Shown here: one piece after another, positions 60,876-64,000 of the stretch
Numbering within the stretch: the first letter of the stretch is position 1
Layout of the letters: the number at the start of each line of letters is the position of its first letter
Assembly (NCBI GenBank): GCA_964461435.1
Contig: CAYWUI010000002.1
Location: 72-64,071 of the forward strand
Length of the DNA stretch: 64,000 nucleotides
Direction: 5' to 3'
From: an uncultured Bacteroidales bacterium
GTDB taxonomy: Bacteria; Bacteroidota; Bacteroidia; Bacteroidales; UBA10428
The notes under the pieces: generated by a model
What the model saw: only the letters and a program-made list of their open reading frames with translations
The model's database searches: none
What the model was told of the DNA's origin: nothing
Made by a program: the position numbers and the translations under genes

Positions 60876-61631
60876 ATGCAAACTGATTATCTGGTCATTA
60901 TCCCTGCACGATATGCCTCTACGAGGTTTCCCGGAAAACCGCTGGTTGATGTCGGGGGCAAACCTATGATCAGGAGAGTTTATGAACAGGTATCCGGAAA
61001 AATTGAACATGTATATGTCGCCACTGATGATAAAAGAATATTGAGCACAGTAAATAAATTTAAAGGCAAAGCAGTAATGACATCTCCCGGACATAAAAGC
61101 GGAACCGAGCGCTGCGCTGAAGCTTTAACATTGATTGAAGAGGAAACAGGAAGAAACTTTAAAATAATTATAAATGTTCAGGGTGACGAACCCTTTTTGC
61201 ATCCTGAGCAACTTGATACGCTGAGGTTATGTTTTAATACACCTGACACACAGATTGCAACCCTGGTGAAGCCCGTAAGTGACCCCGAAACCATTTTTGA
61301 CGAGAATAAAACAAAAGTAATTATTAACAATAGCAAAGAAGCAATATATTTCAGCCGTTCACCTGTTCCTTTTATAAAAGGACGTCCACGCAATGAATGG
61401 GGCACTGTACACCGCTTCTACCTGCATATCGGACTGTATGCTTATAAAAGGGACACATTATTATCTATAGCAAAATTAGAGCCAACCCCGCTTGAAACAG
61501 CAGAATCGCTGGAGCAACTGCGATGGATTGAAAATGGCTACAGGATAAAAGTTGAAATAACAGAATATAATTCGCTCGGAATAGATATTCCTGAGGACCT
61601 TGATAAAATAAGAAAAATGGGATTGATATAA
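60876..61631 (+). CDS. kdsB: 3-deoxy-manno-octulosonate cytidylyltransferase
   Basis: IIPARYASTRFPGKPL and NVQGDEP motifs. 251 aa. Confidence 0.92.
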   Translation: MQTDYLVIIPARYASTRFPGKPLVDVGGKPMIRRVYEQVSGKIEHVYVATDDKRILSTVNKFKGKAVMTSPGHKSGTERCAEALTLIEEETGRNFKIIINVQGDEPFLHPEQLDTLRLCFNTPDTQIATLVKPVSDPETIFDENKTKVIINNSKEAIYFSRSPVPFIKGRPRNEWGTVHRFYLHIGLYAYKRDTLLSIAKLEPTPLETAESLEQLRWIENGYRIKVEITEYNSLGIDIPEDLDKIRKMGLI

Positions 61632-61658
61632 GAAAGATGCAAATACCTGAGCAGGACC

Positions 61659-62234
61659 CTAGTAACGTTTTGAAATTATATCCCAGTTAAGAATATTCCA
61701 GAATGACTTAATATAGTCGACTCTTCTGTTTTGATAATCAAGATAATAAGCATGTTCCCACACATCGCAGGTCAAAACAGGTGTCAATCCGGCCCTCAAA
61801 GGGTTGCCTGCATTACTTTCCTGAAGTATCCCAAGGGAGCCATCATTATTTTTAACTAACCATGCCCATCCGGAACCAAACAAAGTTGCAGCGGCATTAG
61901 AAAACTTTTCCTTAAACTGATCAAAAGATCCGAAGGATTTGTTTATTGCATCTGCCATTGCGCCTGAAGGCTCTTTCCTTCCTTCCCTGCTAAATCCAAA
62001 AAAATAAAATGTATGATTCCACACCTGTGCCCCGTTATTATAAATTCCTCCTTCGGCCTCCCTGACTATTTGCTCAAGGTTTGCATTCTCAAACTTGGTG
62101 CCCTTAACCAGATTATTCAGGTTATCTACATAAGCTTTATGATGTTTCCCATAATGGAATTCTAAGGTCTTCTCCCCGATATAAGGAGATAATGCACTTA
62201 ATTCATATGGTAATTCCGGTAATTTAAAGTCCAT
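61659..62234 (-). CDS. sodB: Superoxide dismutase, Fe-type by motif
   Basis: LPYELSAL, HHKAY, GAQVWNHTFYF (Fe-type Gln position), NAGNPL and [15 protein letters not shown]. The metal assignment is an inference from these motifs. Confidence 0.8.
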   Translation of the reverse strand: MDFKLPELPYELSALSPYIGEKTLEFHYGKHHKAYVDNLNNLVKGTKFENANLEQIVREAEGGIYNNGAQVWNHTFYFFGFSREGRKEPSGAMADAINKSFGSFDQFKEKFSNAAATLFGSGWAWLVKNNDGSLGILQESNAGNPLRAGLTPVLTCDVWEHAYYLDYQNRRVDYIKSFWNILNWDIISKRY

Positions 62235-62330
62235 GATTGACAGGATTATGATTTGTTTAACATTGGAAAATACTGTTATCCAAAATTACAAAATATTTCA
62301 ATCCAATTAAACAAAATCGATAATCAAATC

Positions 62331-62930
62331 TCACATTGAAAATCTTTTAGACACTTCTTCCCATGACACAATATTCCAGAATGCCGATATATAATCAGGC
62401 CTTCTGTTCTGGTATTTTAAATAATAGGCATGCTCCCAAACATCCAGTCCCAGTATAGGTGTACCCTTTACAGCCGCGATATCCATTAACGGATTATCCT
62501 GGTTTGGCGTCGTAGTGACCTTCAGTTCACCATTCTTATTTATAAGCCACGCCCAGCCCGAACCAAAAACAGCGGCTGCTGCAATCGAAAATTCACTCTT
62601 AAAATTATCAAATGAGCCAAATGATCTGTCTATTGCCGCTAAAAGGTCACCATGTGGCTGACCTCCTCCTTGCGGGGACATTATCTTCCAGAACAAACTG
62701 TGATTATAATACCCGCCTCCGTTATTTCTTATGGATACAGGATGCCCGGATATATTTTTGAGTATATCCTCAATGGATTTACCTTCTAATCCGCTTTCCT
62801 TAAGAGCATCGTTTAACTTCGTTGTGTAGCCCCCGTGATGCTTTGTATGGTGAATTTCCATAGTGGCGGCATCAATATTGGGTTCCAGCGCGCTATAGCC
62901 ATAATCTAATTTTGGTAATTCAAAAGCCAT
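62331..62930 (-). CDS. sodA: Superoxide dismutase, Mn-type (or cambialistic) by motif
   Basis: [25 protein letters not shown] (Mn-type Gln position) and [21 protein letters not shown]. The metal assignment is an inference from these motifs. Confidence 0.8.
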   Translation of the reverse strand: MAFELPKLDYGYSALEPNIDAATMEIHHTKHHGGYTTKLNDALKESGLEGKSIEDILKNISGHPVSIRNNGGGYYNHSLFWKIMSPQGGGQPHGDLLAAIDRSFGSFDNFKSEFSIAAAAVFGSGWAWLINKNGELKVTTTPNQDNPLMDIAAVKGTPILGLDVWEHAYYLKYQNRRPDYISAFWNIVSWEEVSKRFSM

Positions 62931-63067
62931 GATTTATTGTTTTAATTGTTTATACTTAACGTTATTAAGATTGATTTTAAATAAAAACATATCTATTTAA
63001 TAATTGTTCAATTATTTTTAAACAAAATCTGACCCAAAAAATTACTTTTGTATTAAACACTGAGAAT

Positions 63068-64000
63068 ATGAGTTTCTTATATTCGCTTGGTCTGAATATC
63101 TATCATCTGACAATTTTCCTGGCATCGTTATTCAATAATAAGGCCCGGTTGTGGATTAAAGGAAGGAGCGGATTATTTAAGGAAATTGAAAAACAGGTCA
63201 GTCCTGAAGATAATTTGTACTGGTTTCATGCTTCGTCCCTTGGCGAATTTGAGCAGGGGCGTCCCCTGATTGAAGCGGTAAAAGATCAAAACCCGTCAAT
63301 TAAAATCCTGTTGACTTTCTTTTCCCCGTCAGGTTATGAAAACCGGAAAAACTATAAAGCTGCCGATTATATATTTTACATGCCAATGGATTCAAAAAGA
63401 AATTCATCCAGGTTTATTAAGTTGATAAATCCCTCCAAAACCTTTTTCATTAAGTATGAATTCTGGTATCATTACCTTAACTGCCTTAAAAGGCGTAACA
63501 TCCCCGTTTACCTGGTATCTGCCAACTTCAGGCCTGACCAGGTTTTTTTCAAATGGTACGGCCGCTGGTTCAGGAAAATCCTGCACATATTCACCCATAT
63601 ATTTGTCCAGAATACAAGATCAGAACAGCTCTTAAAGAATATAGGACTGGATAACGTAACCGTATCGGGTGATACCAGGTTTGACAGGGTTGCAGAAATA
63701 GCAAGGCAGTCTAAAAGTATTGAACTGGCTGAAAAATTCAGGGAAGGCAGTACGGTAATCATTGGCGGCAGCACATGGGAGAAAGATGAGGAAATCCTGG
63801 CGGAATACATCAATACATCATCCGCAAAAATAAAATATATAATAGCTCCCCACGAAATTCGCGAATCAAAAATAGAGCGGATCATTAAAAGTCTGGACAA
63901 ACCTGCTATCCGTTACTCGTCAGCTGACATTAATAATATAAATGATTACCGGGTTTTAATAATCGATAATGTAGGTATGCTTTCCTCACTGTACAGATAT
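63068..64000 (+). CDS. waaA: 3-deoxy-D-manno-octulosonic acid (Kdo) transferase, 5' part; continues past the right edge
   Basis: ATG at 63068. The frame stays open for 311 codons to the window end: MSFLYSLGLNIYHL...WFHASSLGEFEQGRPLIE...FSPSGYE...KYEFWYHYL...VSGDTRFDRV...IIAPHE. It is not in the ORF track because it has no stop in the window. The two minus-strand ORFs listed there are its shadows. Confidence 0.85.
   Translation, partial: MSFLYSLGLNIYHLTIFLASLFNNKARLWIKGRSGLFKEIEKQVSPEDNLYWFHASSLGEFEQGRPLIEAVKDQNPSIKILLTFFSPSGYENRKNYKAADYIFYMPMDSKRNSSRFIKLINPSKTFFIKYEFWYHYLNCLKRRNIPVYLVSANFRPDQVFFKWYGRWFRKILHIFTHIFVQNTRSEQLLKNIGLDNVTVSGDTRFDRVAEIARQSKSIELAEKFREGSTVIIGGSTWEKDEEILAEYINTSSAKIKYIIAPHEIRESKIERIIKSLDKPAIRYSSADINNINDYRVLIIDNVGMLSSLYRY

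Noticed and set aside
63404-63900. Two minus-strand ORFs of 64 and 130 aa
   Set aside because: They are antisense to the open Kdo-transferase frame (63068 onward) and have no motifs.

Overview
AT-rich 64-kb chromosomal segment. I assign it to Bacteroidota on internal evidence only: a fused LpxC/FabZ, T9SS type A and type B C-terminal sorting domains, a PorP/SprF gene, TTTG-N19-TAnnTTTG promoter architecture, and the sigma54-activator/lptE/secG/groESL neighbourhood. I count about 60 genes. The left third (1-22 kb) looks accessory. It holds a decayed tdh next to kbl, a transaldolase-family gene, and a 655-bp non-coding gap with a SusC-type N-terminal fragment. It also holds a beta-glucan locus (GH94 phosphorylase, T9SS-exported GH12, GH114-like lipoprotein) interleaved with three small STAS/SiaC-type proteins. 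Next come a divergent carotenoid locus (crtD-like, cruF-like, acyltransferase, GT2, secreted TPR protein <-> crtI, crtB, ispH) and a TonB receptor/TPR/LytS-LytTR operon. The rest is mostly housekeeping: mnmD, bcp, recA, glnS, folB, sufBCDSE-T, thiL, lpxA-lpxC/fabZ-lpxD, rimP-nusA-infB, queG, pcm, groESL, secG, lptE, kdsB, two sod genes and waaA. It is interrupted at 27-35 kb by a 1.9-kaa T9SS type B adhesin with its PorP/SprF partner. I saw no rRNA, tRNA, CRISPR, transposase, integrase, phage or recognisable defence/toxin genes. I did not find a clear-cut novel multi-gene system. The observations most worth follow-up are: (1) a GC-rich nested inverted-repeat element at 27118-27270, with a degenerate second copy exactly at the break point of the truncated tdh; (2) the SusCD-less glucan locus with orphan partner-switching-type proteins; (3) a carotenoid glycoside-ester type operon translationally coupled to a secreted TatT-like TPR protein, whose paralog sits in the neighbouring TonB-receptor/two-component operon; (4) small junction duplications at crtB/ispH and sufB/thiL. 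All family assignments come from reading the translations, not from searches.
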